Below, in pieces: positions 25,175-37,000 of a stretch of 64,000 nucleotides of DNA. The DNA is taken from assembly GCA_028826165.1 (NCBI GenBank), contig JAPDFW010000081.1, positions 558,001 through 622,000 on the forward strand. The letters run 5' to 3'. The notes beneath the pieces were generated by a model. That model had not been told where the DNA came from and ran no database searches. It saw nothing but the letters and a program-made list of their open reading frames with translations. Within the stretch, counting starts at the first letter, position 1; each line of letters starts with the position of its first letter. This DNA comes from Anaeramoeba ignava BMAN (Eukaryota; Protista; Anaeramoebae). Position numbers and translations under genes: made by a program.

Positions 25175-25595
25175 ATTTAATAAGAAATTTAAATAAGAAA
25201 TTTAATAAGAAATTTAATAAGAAATTTAATAAGAAATTTAATAAGGAAATTAATAAGAAATTAAATAGGAAAATTAATAAGAAATTTAATAAGAAATTTA
25301 ATAAGGAATTTAATAAGAAATTAAATAAGGAAATTTAATAAGGAATTTTAATAGGAAAATTAATAAGAAATTTAATAAGAAATTTAATAAGAAATTAAAT
25401 AAGAAATTTAATAAGGAATTTAATAAGAAATTAAATAAGAAATTTAATAAGAAATTTAATAAGGAATTTAATAAGAAATTTAATAAGAAAATTAATAAGA
25501 AAATTAATAAGGAATTTAATAAGAAATTAAATAAGGAAATTTAATAAGAAATTAATAAGGAATTTAATAAGAAATTTAATAAGAAATTAAATAGG
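25175..25595. repeat. Intergenic ~12-bp minisatellite (aataagaaattt)n
   Basis: Direct inspection. Confidence 0.9.
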
Positions 25596-25637
25596 AAATG
25601 TTTTATTATTTTTATTAAAGAAAAAGATCAAAAATTT

Positions 25638-26414
25638 TTAATCTTTTTTTTTTTCGAAATTCTCCTTTTTAAATTGGGGAAGAATTGTAATTTCAGTAGG
25701 ACAAGCTCTTTGAGGTGAAGCCAAAACAAAAAGTACAGTATTCGCAATATCAGAAGCTTCCATCAAATACGGAAGTTGTTTATCTTCTTGAAAATTAGGG
25801 ATAACCATTGGAGTTCTTACAAGACCAGGATTAACAGAACAAATCTTAACACCAGTATCTTGAATATTACCGAACAAAGCTTCAGCAAATCCACAAAGAG
25901 CATATTTAGAACTGTCATAAAGAGAAGATGTTGGAAAAGCTCTTCTTCCAGCAATAGAGCTAATGAAAATAACTGCTCTTTTTTCTTTTTTGGATTCCAC
26001 AATTTTGGGTAAAATAAGATGTGTTAAAATAAGTGTTGATTGAAGATTAACTGTAATTGTTTCATTGATTTCGCTAAGTGTATTCTTCATAAAATCACCC
26101 ATATATCCTTTTCCTGCTGAGTTTATAAGAATATCAACTCCATTAAATTCTTTATCAATTTCTTCAACTACTTTCTTCATTTCTTCTTGATCTTCCATAT
26201 CTAATTGAAATGTTAAAATTTTTGCTTTGGATTCTTTTGGAATTACTTTTTTACATGCTTCTAATGTTTCTTTTAGTTTTTCTGTGTTTCGTGAAACTAA
26301 AGCTAATGATGAACCAACTTGTGCAAGTGCTATTGCAGTTGCTTTCCCAATTCCACTACTTGCTCCTGTAATTAAAGCAACATGATTATCAAGTAATTTA
26401 GAAGAAAATTCCAT
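25638..26414 (-). CDS. Classical short-chain dehydrogenase/reductase (258 aa), copy 1
   Basis: TGASSGIG, DILINSAG, catalytic S and YDSSK, NPGLVRT. Confidence 0.95.
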   Translation of the reverse strand: MEFSSKLLDNHVALITGASSGIGKATAIALAQVGSSLALVSRNTEKLKETLEACKKVIPKESKAKILTFQLDMEDQEEMKKVVEEIDKEFNGVDILINSAGKGYMGDFMKNTLSEINETITVNLQSTLILTHLILPKIVESKKEKRAVIFISSIAGRRAFPTSSLYDSSKYALCGFAEALFGNIQDTGVKICSVNPGLVRTPMVIPNFQEDKQLPYLMEASDIANTVLFVLASPQRACPTEITILPQFKKENFEKKKD

Positions 26415-26460
26415 TTCAAAAAAATGAAATTGAAAAATTGAAAAAAAATATTTTTTTCTT

Positions 26461-26950
26461 TTGATTTTGATTTTGATATTGATTTTGATTTTGATTTTGA
26501 TATTGATATTGATTTTGATTTTGATTTTGATTTTGATTTTGATTTTGATTTTAATTTTGATTTTGATTTTGATATTGATATTGATATTGATTTTGATATT
26601 GATATTGATATTGATTTTGATTTTGATATTGATATTGATATTGATTTTGATTTTGATTTTGATTTTAATTTTAATATTGATATTGATTTTAATTTTGATA
26701 TTGATATTGATTTTAATTTTAATTTTGATATTGATATTGATTTTGATATTGATTTTAATTTTAATTTTGATTTTGATATTAATTTTGATTTTAATTTTGA
26801 TTTTGATTTTAATTTTGATTTTGATTTTGATTTTGATTTTGATATTGATATTGATATTGATATTGATATTAATTTTGATATTGATATTGATATTGATATT
26901 GATATTAATTTTAATTTTGATTTTGATATTAATTTTGATTTTGAATTTGA
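26461..26950. repeat. (ttttga/tattga)n hexamer tract between the SDR copies
   Basis: Direct inspection. Confidence 0.9.
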
Positions 26951-27077
26951 TTTTAATTTTGAATTATCTTATTGAAATTTGAATCATCTTATTGAAATTT
27001 GAATTCTTTTATTGAAATTTGAAAGGATTTAAATTTGGAATTTGAATTTTTTGAAAAAGATCAAAAAAAAAAATTTT

Positions 27078-27855
27078 TTAATCCTTTTTTTCATCAAATT
27101 TTCCTTTTGTAAATTGGGGAACGATTGTAATTTCGATAGGACAAGCTCTTTGAGGTGAAGCCAAAACAAAAAGAATAGTATTACTAACATCAGAAGGTTC
27201 AATCATATAAGGAAGTTGTTTATCTTCTTCATAATTAGGGAACAACCATTGGAGTTCTTACAAAACCAGGATTAACAGCACAAACCTTAACACCAGTATC
27301 TTGAATATTACCGAACAAAGCTTCAGCAAATCCAGAAATACCATGCTTAGTACTTGCATAAACGGAAACAAAAGGAAAAGCATGTCTTCCAGCAACAGAA
27401 CTAAGAAAAATAACTGCTCTTTTTTCTTTTTTGGATTCCACAATTTTGGGTAAAACAAGATGTGTTAAAGCAATTTGTGATACAAGATTAACTGTAATTG
27501 CTTCATTGATTTCGCTAAGTGTATTCTTCATAAAATCACCCATAAGCCCATTTCCTGCTGAGTTTATAAGAATATCAATTCCATTAAATTCTTTATCAAT
27601 TTCTTCAACTACTTTCTTCATTTCTTCTTGATCTTCCATATTTAATTGAAATGTTAAAATTTTTGCTTTGGATTCTTTTGGAATTACTTTTTTACATGCT
27701 TCTAATGTTGCTTTTAATTTTTCTGTGTTTCGTGAAACTAAAGCTAATGATGAACCAACTTGTGCAAGTGCTATTGCAGTTGCTTTCCCAATTCCACTAC
27801 TTGCTCCTGTAATTAAAGCAGTATGATTATCAAGTAATTTAGAAGAAAATTCCAT
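27078..27855 (-). pseudogene. SDR copy 2 with a +1 frameshift near 27238 (pseudogene or assembly error)
   Basis: 778 nt versus 777 nt for copy 1. It reads GTT GTT CCC TAA where copy 1 reads GTT ATC CCT AAT. The downstream sequence still aligns codon for codon to the homologous stop at 27078. YASTK is intact. Confidence 0.75.
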
Positions 27856-28138
27856 TTCAAAAAAATGAAATTGAAAAATTATTTTTTGGGAATTAAAAAA
27901 GCAAAAAATTTTTTCGTTTTTTTTTTTTTAATTAATAAACAAAAAGAAAAAGGAGAAAATTTAAAAAAAAAAAAGAAGAAAAAAAAATTTTTTAATTGTT
28001 TTTATTTTTTTATTTTTTTATTTTATTTTTATTTTTTCTCTTTTTTTCTTTTCCAAATTTTCTCAATTAAATTTAATAACAAAAACTTTATCAATATTAA
28101 GAATTCAAAAAATAAAAAAAAAATAAGACGATCAATTT

Positions 28139-31100
28139 ATGTCTAAAAAAGATATTTTTTCAGCAATTTTTGAAGCAGATTTAGATGAAGTTCGCAAGAG
28201 AATAAAACCAACTGTTTTCAAAAAAAAGGGACAACTTAATAAAACAAATGTATTAAATTCAAAATGAATAAATAAATCAAAAAATTCAATTAAAAAAAAA
28301 ACAATAAAAAAAATAATAAAAATAAAAGCAAAAAAAAAGCAAAAAAAAACATTTTTAATTACAATTTCTAATTTATAAAAGTTTTGATCGAAATTCAATT
28401 CCTAAATATAAATATAAATATAAATATAATAAATATAAATATAAATATAAATATAAATATAAATATAAATATAAATATAAATATAAATATAAATATAAAT
28501 ATAAATATAAATATAAATATAAATATCAAATATAAATATAAATATAAATATAAATATAAATATAAATATAAATCAAAATATAAATATAAATATAAATATA
28601 AATATAAATATAAATATAAATATAAATATAAATATAAATATAAATATAAATATAAATATAAATATAAATATAAATATAAATATAAATATATAAATATAAA
28701 TATAAATATAAATATAAATATAAATATAAATATAAATATAAATATTTAAATAATTTTAATTTAAAAATAATTTAGAAGGTGAAAATTTATTCAAAAATTC
28801 TTTTTTAAATTTTTTTTATTAACCAAAAAGAAAAAAAAATTAAAATAAAATAATTTTATTAGAATGTATATAAATTTTTCTTTGTTAAAAAAAAAAGGAT
28901 TTTTCAAAATAATTAATGAATTAATTTTATAGGGAGATACACCATTACATTTTTCATTATATCACCCAATTAGAGAATCTGTTGTTCGGTTATTAATTCA
29001 AGCCGAAGCTGATGTTAATGCAAAAAATGTATTTTTCATTTTATTAATTTTTAAAGAAAAAAAATTTATAATTTAAAAAAAAAAGAATGTAAAAAAAAAA
29101 ACAATTAACAAAAATCGAGGAAGAAATATTTTTAATTTGAAGATTATTTTATTAGTTTGTAAAAAAAAAATTTTTTTTGATTTATTTATTTATTAATAAA
29201 AAAAAATATTAATTATATTTTTTAGCAATCAACATCATTACATTTTGCTTGTTTACATAAAGCTTCAGTAGAAATTGTTAAATTATTACTTTCCAAAGGA
29301 GCTGATGTTTCATTGAAAGATGTAAATTAATTAATTATTTAATAAATTATTTAATTATTTATTTGATTTTATTTTTTTTTAAATTTAGCAAGTTTGTTCT
29401 TTTTTCCTTTTTTATATATAGATTTTTCAAACTTATTTTTTCAATAATTCTTTTCATTTTAAAATAGAATGTATTATTATTATTATTAAATAATCAAAAA
29501 TTTATTTCATTTTTTTTAAAAAATCAAAAAGGGAAATACACCACTTCATTTAGCTGTTTCTTATTATCCAATTTTTACAAAAAATACAATCAATTTTGAT
29601 CCTGCAAAACTTAAACTTGTAAAAATAGTTAACTTTTTTATATAATTTTATATCTTTATTGAAAATTAATTTGGAATCAAAAAAATTTTTTCATTTTTAG
29701 ACAACAACACCAATAACTAAGGAATTTTATACTTTTCCTTCAATTGATTTAATTCAATCTCTTTTGGATTCTGGCGCTGAAATTGATGCAAAAAATGTAA
29801 TAATAACTTATTATTATTTTATGATTTAAAAAATGATTTTTATTTTGTTTTGTAATTTAGAATGTAATTTAAAGAAGAAAAAAAAATATTTTGTTTGGTT
29901 TTCATTATTTAAACATTTGTATTAAAGGATGTAAATATTTTTTATCTTGATTTTTTTTTATTAGAGATTTATTTGAAATTAAAAAAAAAAACTAGAATCG
30001 AACTCCTTTGCATTTTGCTTGTTTACAAAAGATGAATTATTCTTTTATTGAATTTCTTTTAAAATCAAAAGCAAATCCAAATATACCTGATGTAAAAAGA
30101 AAAAAAAGAAAAAAGAAAAAGAATGAAAATATTTAAAATTAATTTTCTTTTTTTTTTTAGACTGTAATTTTAATTCTAATTTTAATTTTAATTTTAATTT
30201 TGAAATTTATTTAAAATATTTATTTTAAATAAAAATAGCATGTAAATTTAAATTTTAGTGTAAAATTAAAAATTTAATTTTTTATTTTAATTTTTATTTA
30301 GCTTTCAACACCATTTCATTCAGCAATTCAAATGGCAAATCAAGATATTATTGATTTATTTTTACAATTTGGTGCAGATCCAAATTTAAAAGATGTTTGA
30401 ATTTGAAAAAAAAAATTAAAACAAAATTAATTCTAATTTTATTATAAAATCAGGTTGTAAATATTTTATTCATTTTGAAATTTTGTTTTATAATAAATTT
30501 CTTATTTAATATTTTAAAAGAATGTAATTTATATAAATTTTAGAGATATTTTGTTGAAATGATTTTTTTTTGTTGAAATGATTTTTTTTTGAAAATAGGA
30601 TAATACACCACTTCATTTAGCATGCTCTGGAGAATTATCTAAAGAAACTATTGAAAAAGTTTTGAAACTTACAAAAGATATTAATTCTAAAAATGTATTT
30701 TAATTTCCAAAAAAAAAATACAATTTAAAATATATTTATTTATTTATTTATTATAAAAAAAAAGTCTGTAATAAAAAGATCTTTTCTTTTCTTTTTTAAA
30801 ATTAAATTTTTAATTAAAAAATTTTTTTTAGAATGTTTGTTTTTTTTTTTGTTGATAAAAAAAATTATTTGAATTGAGGATTATTGAAAATATATAAATA
30901 TATATACATACTATTCTTTTTATAGCAAGAAGCTCCAATTCATATTCTTTGTAAAAATAGTTCAGCAACTCCTGAGATTGTTAGTTTATTTGCAACTTAT
31001 AAAGCTGATTTCAATGCAAAAAATGTATTATATTATAATATATTATATATTTAATTGGAAAAAAATTTATTAAAAAATATTTTTAAAAATAGAATGTATT

Positions 31101-33455
31101 TTATTTTTTTTTCAACAATAAATAAAAGAAAAATAATTTAGGAGTAATTTTTTAAAATATTACAAACAAAAAGTATGTAAATAAATGAATGAATTTTATT
31201 ATTTTTTTTTTTCAAAATTTTTAAATATAATAACAAAAATATAATAACAAAAATAGAAAGAAACACCATTACATATTGCAGCCAAATTACAATCAACAAA
31301 ATCAAAGATTTTTGAAGTATTAATTGAAAATGGAGCAAAAGTTGATGAGAAGAATGTAAATTTAAGAAACACAAATTGAATAATATGAATAATATTAATA
31401 ATAATATTATTAGAATGTAAAAAAAATAAATTGATTTTAAAATTCAAGTTTATATTTAAGTTCAAATTTATATATTTATATTTTAGTATGTAATATTATT
31501 TCATTAATTAAAATGAATTAGAGAATTTACAAAAAAATCTTTTTTTTTTTTTTTTTAAAATATTTATAGGAACAAACACCTCTTCATGTTGCTTGTTTAT
31601 GCTCAGCAACAACAAAAGAAGCTTTGAAAATAATAATTGATCAAAAAAAAGATATGATTAATGCAAAAGATGTAAATAATATTTTTTTTTTATTTAAATT
31701 TTTTTAATTTAAAATTATTTGAATTTGAATTTGAATTTTAATTTAAAAAAAATAGATGGTAACTTATTAATTGAATAGAATAATTGTGTTATTTTTATTT
31801 ACTTATTTTTTATTTTTTATTTTTTTAGAAAGTATAATTTTTAATTTGAAATTTTTTTATTTTTTTTTAGAAAAATATCAACAAAAAAAATGGAAAATTT
31901 TCTAAATTAAATTTTTTTTATTATTTTTAGAAAAGCACACCATTACATTTTGCTTGTAAATTTAAACTTCCACTTGAGTTGATAAAGATTTTATTAGAAT
32001 ATGGAGCAGATATTAATTCTAAGAATGTAAATCAGAAAAATAATTAAAAATAATTAAAAAAAAATTAAAAATAAATTAAAATTAAAAATAAAAATTAAAA
32101 ATAAATTTGAATTAAAAATAAATTTGAATTAAAGGATGTAAAAAGAATGAAAACAACTAAAACAAAGCAAAGCAAAATTAAAACAATAAAACATAAAACA
32201 AAATAATAAAACAAAATAATGAAACAGGATGTAAATTTATTTATATTTATTTATATTTATTTATTTTGATTTTAATTTATTTATTTATTTTGTAAATTGT
32301 TTTTAATATTGTTTTTGATATTGCTTTTGATATTTTTACTAAAAGGATAAAATACCAATGGATGTAGCAAGTCCCGAAATCAAAGAATTTCTGTCACAAA
32401 TCCAACAAAATCCATCCAAAAAACCCGAAATAATCAAACAAAACGAAAACATACAAGAAAAAAAAGACGAACCCAAAAAAATAGAAGCAAAAAAACCAAT
32501 AAAAAATATAATCCAAGAAATCGAACCATCAGATTCAGAAACCTCATCAACGGACGATGAGTTAGGAACAGTAGTATTAACAAAACGGGATACAGTAAAA
32601 GAAGAATCGATAATACAAAAACAAGATGATCCAAACAGTGTACTTGATTATCCGATCATGAAAATCGACAAAGAGATAGAGTTTGAGCAGCTAGATTTCG
32701 TGAAGTTCATCGCAAGAGGATCTTTCAAAGAAGTTTTCAAGGGGCTTTGGCTAGGATTAGAGGTTGCATTGATGAAACTTTTATGTTCTGGAAACCTGTC
32801 AGAATCAGAGTTGCGAGAATTTAAGTCTGAATTATCTCTTCTAAGCCAACTAGCACATCCAAACATTGTACAATTTTACGGCGCATGTACAAAGGAGCCG
32901 AACTTATGCATTGTTACTGAGTTTTGTCATGGCGGAACATTACTTGATTATCTTCAATCCGATGCAGAAATCACTCGCAAACATCAATATGAGATCGCCC
33001 TGGATATTGTGCGCGGTATATACTATCTCCACGCCAACAAAATTGTCCATCGCGATCTGAAGACTCCGAATATCTTACTCGATCGTCATGGCGATGCTAA
33101 GATTGCTGACTTTGGTTTATCAAAAACTGTCAACGCTGCTAGAACTCATTTGAATACTCTTGTTGGTACTTTTAATTGGATGGCTCCAGAGGTCATGTAT
33201 GGCCAGAACTATTCCTTTCCTGCTGATATATATGCACTCGCTATTATTTTGTGGGAAATTTCTACTAGAAAAATCCCTTTTGAAGGCATAAGTGCTGCTA
33301 ATTTAACAAAAATGATTGCAATAGAGAAAAAAAGACTTCCTCTTCCTCAAGATGGTATCTTTAATTCTTTGATTGAAAAATGTTGGGACCAGGATCCAAA
33401 TAAAAGACCTACTATTAAGGAAGTATTAATGAAATTGCAACGTATTAAAGTTTGA
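28139..33455 (+). CDS. Ankyrin-repeat TKL-type protein kinase (~780 aa), 35 exons including 22 three-nucleotide micro-exons
   Basis: The large exons are 28139-28249, 28933-29028, 29226-29321, 29532-29618, 29701-29796, 29996-30091, 30302-30394, 30599-30694, 30926-31024, 31257-31355, 31570-31671, 31931-32026 and 32346-33455. Most start xxTPLH-like and end ...KN/KD-like, and all are phase 0. The final exon has HRDLKTPN, DFG and GTFNWMAPE. Confidence 0.9.
28405..28745. repeat. (aaatat)n microsatellite in the first intron of the ankyrin kinase
   Basis: Direct inspection. Confidence 0.95.
28776..32230 (+). other. Array of 22 single-codon micro-exons (AG|NNN|GT), two per ankyrin junction
   Basis: Starts and codons by pair: 28776 AAG, 28863 AAT; 29086 AAT, 29156 TTT; 29389 CAA, 29468 AAT; 29861 AAT, 29928 GAT; 30161 ACT, 30239 CAT; 30454 GTT, 30521 AAT; 30765 TCT, 30832 AAT; 31093 AAT, 31174 TAT; 31414 AAT, 31487 TAT; 31756 ATG, 31829 AAA; 32135 GAT, 32228 GAT. 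Confidence 0.88.
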
Positions 33456-34026
33456 TTCTCTTTTTTTTTGGATCCTTATTTCAAAACAAAATCAAAACAA
33501 AATCAAATCAAAATTAAATCAAATTTAAATTAAATCAAATTAAATTTAATCAAATTAAATTCAAATTAAAATCAAAATTAAATTCAAATCAAATTTAAAT
33601 CAAAACAAAATTTAATTAATTTAAATTCAAATTAAATTTAATCAAAATCAAATCGAATTAAAATTTAATTTCTTTTTTTTTCCTATTCTTTTTTTTAATT
33701 CAAACTTTCAAAAATAAAATCAAATTTAAAATCAAAATTAAAATCAAATTTAAAATCAAATTTAAAATTTAAATTTGTTTTTCTTTTTCTTTTTATTTTT
33801 CTTTTTCTTTTTATCATTTTGTAAATTGAAATTTTTTTTATTTTGTTCCAAAAAAATTTTTGTATTTTGAAAATGAAAAAAGTGGAACAAAGAAAATAAA
33901 AGAAAAGAAAAGAAAAGAAAGAAAGAAAAACGAAAATTTCCAAAAATCAAAAAATGAATAAAGAAAAAAATGGATCATGAATTATAAAAATTAATGGATT
34001 CCATTTGGATTAATTCCTCTCATTAT

Positions 34027-37000
34027 TTAAATCATACCAGAATCAACTCGATCATATAAACCATTAATCTTTTTATTAGCAATTCTGGTCATATTAACAA
34101 CTTGTGCTTTATCAATTTTTTCAATTGGTCTTTCCAAAAGTTCACTTAAATCTTCAGTTGTTTTTTCAAGATCTTCTTGAACAAACTCAAATAAAGCTTT
34201 TCCTTTAGAATTATCTTGAAGATAATAAGCAAAAACATAACTAAACATTAAAGTTGCTCGGCACTTAAAATTCATTTTGAAATTTAAAATTATAATTAAA
34301 ATTCATTTTGAAATTTAAAATTATAATTAAAATTAAAAATTAAAATTAAAATTTAAATTTAAATTAAAATTAAAATTAAAATTAAAATTAAAATTAAAAT
34401 TAAAATTAAAATTCATTTTGAAATTTAAAATTAAAATTAAAAATTTAAATTAAAACGAAAATTAAAATTAAAATTTAAATTAAAAAAAGTGGAATAAAAA
34501 TTAAAAAAAGTGGAATAAAAATTCTTTTTAATTTTTTTCTTACTTCACAAACTACATTTGTTGCTTCTCGCATAAATTCTACATCAATATAAGAAACAGT
34601 TGATGATTTCAACATTTGATCTGATTTTGCTTTCACTTTCTTTCGAAGTTCTTGTTCAAATTGAAGTGATTTCTGATGATTTTGAAAACGATGAAAATAA
34701 TGAAGATATCTCTATAAAAATTGTTTTAAAAAAAAAAAAGAAAGAAAAAAATGATTTAAAAAATTTTTTTTTGGAATTCGGGAAAAAAAAAATATTAAAA
34801 AAAATTTTTTACTTCTAATGCTTTCTTTGAATTATCAACACTTGGATCTGCTTTTTTTGGATCATATCTAGTGCAACTATAATAATTTGTTCCATGTAAA
34901 TTCCAATCACCTTAAAATTAAAATTCATTTTAAAATTAAAATTAAAATTCATTTTGAAATTAAAATTAAAATTCATTTTAAAATTAAAATTAAATCGGAT
35001 AAAAAATTAAAATTAAAATTAAATTTGAAATTAAAATTAAAATTAAAATTAAAATTAAAATTCATTTGAAATTAAAATTAAAATTAAAATTAAAATTCAT
35101 TTTGAAATTAAAATTAAAATTCATTTTGAAATTTAAAATTAAAATCGGATAAAAAATTAAAATTAAAATTCATTTTGAAAATTAAAATTCATTTTGAAAT
35201 TAAAATTATAATTAAAAATTAAAATCGGATAAAAAATTAAAATTAAAATTAAAATTAAAATTCATTTTGAAATTAAAATTAAAATTCATTTTGAAATTTA
35301 AAATTAAAATTAAAATTAAAATTCATTTTGAAATTAAAATTAAAATCGGATAAAAAATTAAAATTAAAATTCATTTTGAAATTAAAATTCATTTTGAAAT
35401 TTAAAATTAAAATTAAAATTCATTTTGAAATTAAAATTAAAATTCATTTTGAAATTAAAATTAAAATTAAAATTCATTTTGAAAATTAAAATTAAAATTA
35501 AAATTCATTTTGAAATTAAAATTAAAATTCATTTTGAAATTAAAATTAAAATTAAAATTCATTTTGAAAATTAAAATTAAAATTAAAATTTTACCTAAAC
35601 AAACCCAACAAAATTCATGACGACATTTTCTACAAGTCATATGACTAAATAATATTAAAAATTAAAAATAAAATTAAATTTAAAATTAAAATTTAAAATT
35701 AAAATTTAAATTGAAAAAAAATCTTTACTTGCAACCTCCATTTTTTTCAATAACTGATCCACATTTGGGACATGGTTTTGTATTTGTTAAAAGCCAATTA
35801 TAAGTTTCTGAATCATCTTTACACTAATTCCAAAAAAATAAAATTACAAAAAAATTTAAAAAATAAAATTTTTCAAAAAAGAAAAAAAAGGTGAAAAATT
35901 GGATTCCAACCTTTTTCTTCCAAGAAACAAGTTGTTCGCAAGTAGCAGGAGAATGAGCTTCTTGACCACATTTGAAACTATAAGAAAATAAGATGAACCA
36001 AAATGGATGTAAATGAAAAAAGAGATAAAATAGCTTACCAAAAACGATGACCACAAGAACATTGAACATTTGTACCTCTAGTAATCATTGATTCATCGAC
36101 AGCTTTCTCACATCCTGGAGCAGGACACCATTTAACATCAGGGTTGTCTTCAACGAAAGACTTAGCCACAAACCATCTTTTCAAAGGAAAAAAGTCGAAA
36201 TCAGTTTCAATTTAAATGAGGAAATTAAAATTTATACAAATATTTTTGAAATTGTTTCTTGTCAAGAAACCTCTTCATTGCTTGTTCATCCACAATTTCA
36301 TTGCATTTAAATCCTGGACATTTAATTTTTGAGACCTGTTGATATCAAACAATTTTTTAGTGATGAAAAATTTCAATCAAAAAATTATGTTGGAAAATCG
36401 CAGTTAAATTAAATCAATTTTGAATAGAATTAATTAATTAATTAAAAGAATTAAAAGAATTAAAAGAATTAAAAATTTTGAGTTAATAAATTGTGATTGA
36501 ATTTTAATAAGAAATAAAGTTGATTAATCACATCTCCATCTTTGATTTTAGTTGAGAGATGTTCTTTCCAACAAGAAGGACAAAATGAATGTCGACATTT
36601 CAAAGCAAAAGCATCTTTTAAATCGAATTCATCGTAACAAATTTCGCATACATTACTTAAAGGTGTATATTTTTGAGTAATAACTAATTTCAAAATGAAT
36701 TTCAAAATGAATTTCAAAATGAATTTTAATTTTAAATTTCAAAATGAATTTTTGATTTTTATCCGATTTTAATTTTATAAATGAATTTTAATTTTAATTT
36801 CAAAATGAATTTTAATTTTAATTTTAATTTTAATTTTAATTTTAATTTCAATTATAATTCCAATTTTAATTTTAATTTCAAAATGAATTTTTAATTTTAA
36901 TTTGAATTTTAATTTTAATTTTAATTTTAATTTTAATTTTAATTTTAATTTTAATTTTAATTTTAATTTTAATTTTAATTTCAAAATGAATTTTAATTTT

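Noticed and set aside
5179-27240. Programmed frameshifting or an alternative genetic code to explain the breaks at ~5220 and ~27238
   Set aside because: Both are single-base gains in short homopolymers, typical of sequencing error or recent mutation. The other genes read through cleanly and end in standard stops.
31140-31145. Additional AG-GA-GT (2-nt) candidate, and AG-T-GT at ~30257, as extra micro-exons
   Set aside because: They would break the frame and leave implausibly short introns; the 3-nt pair already completes the repeat.
28132-31465. Minus-strand ORFs 28132-28398, 31138-31374 and 31199-31465
   Set aside because: They are antisense shadows of the plus-strand ankyrin exons and AT-rich introns.
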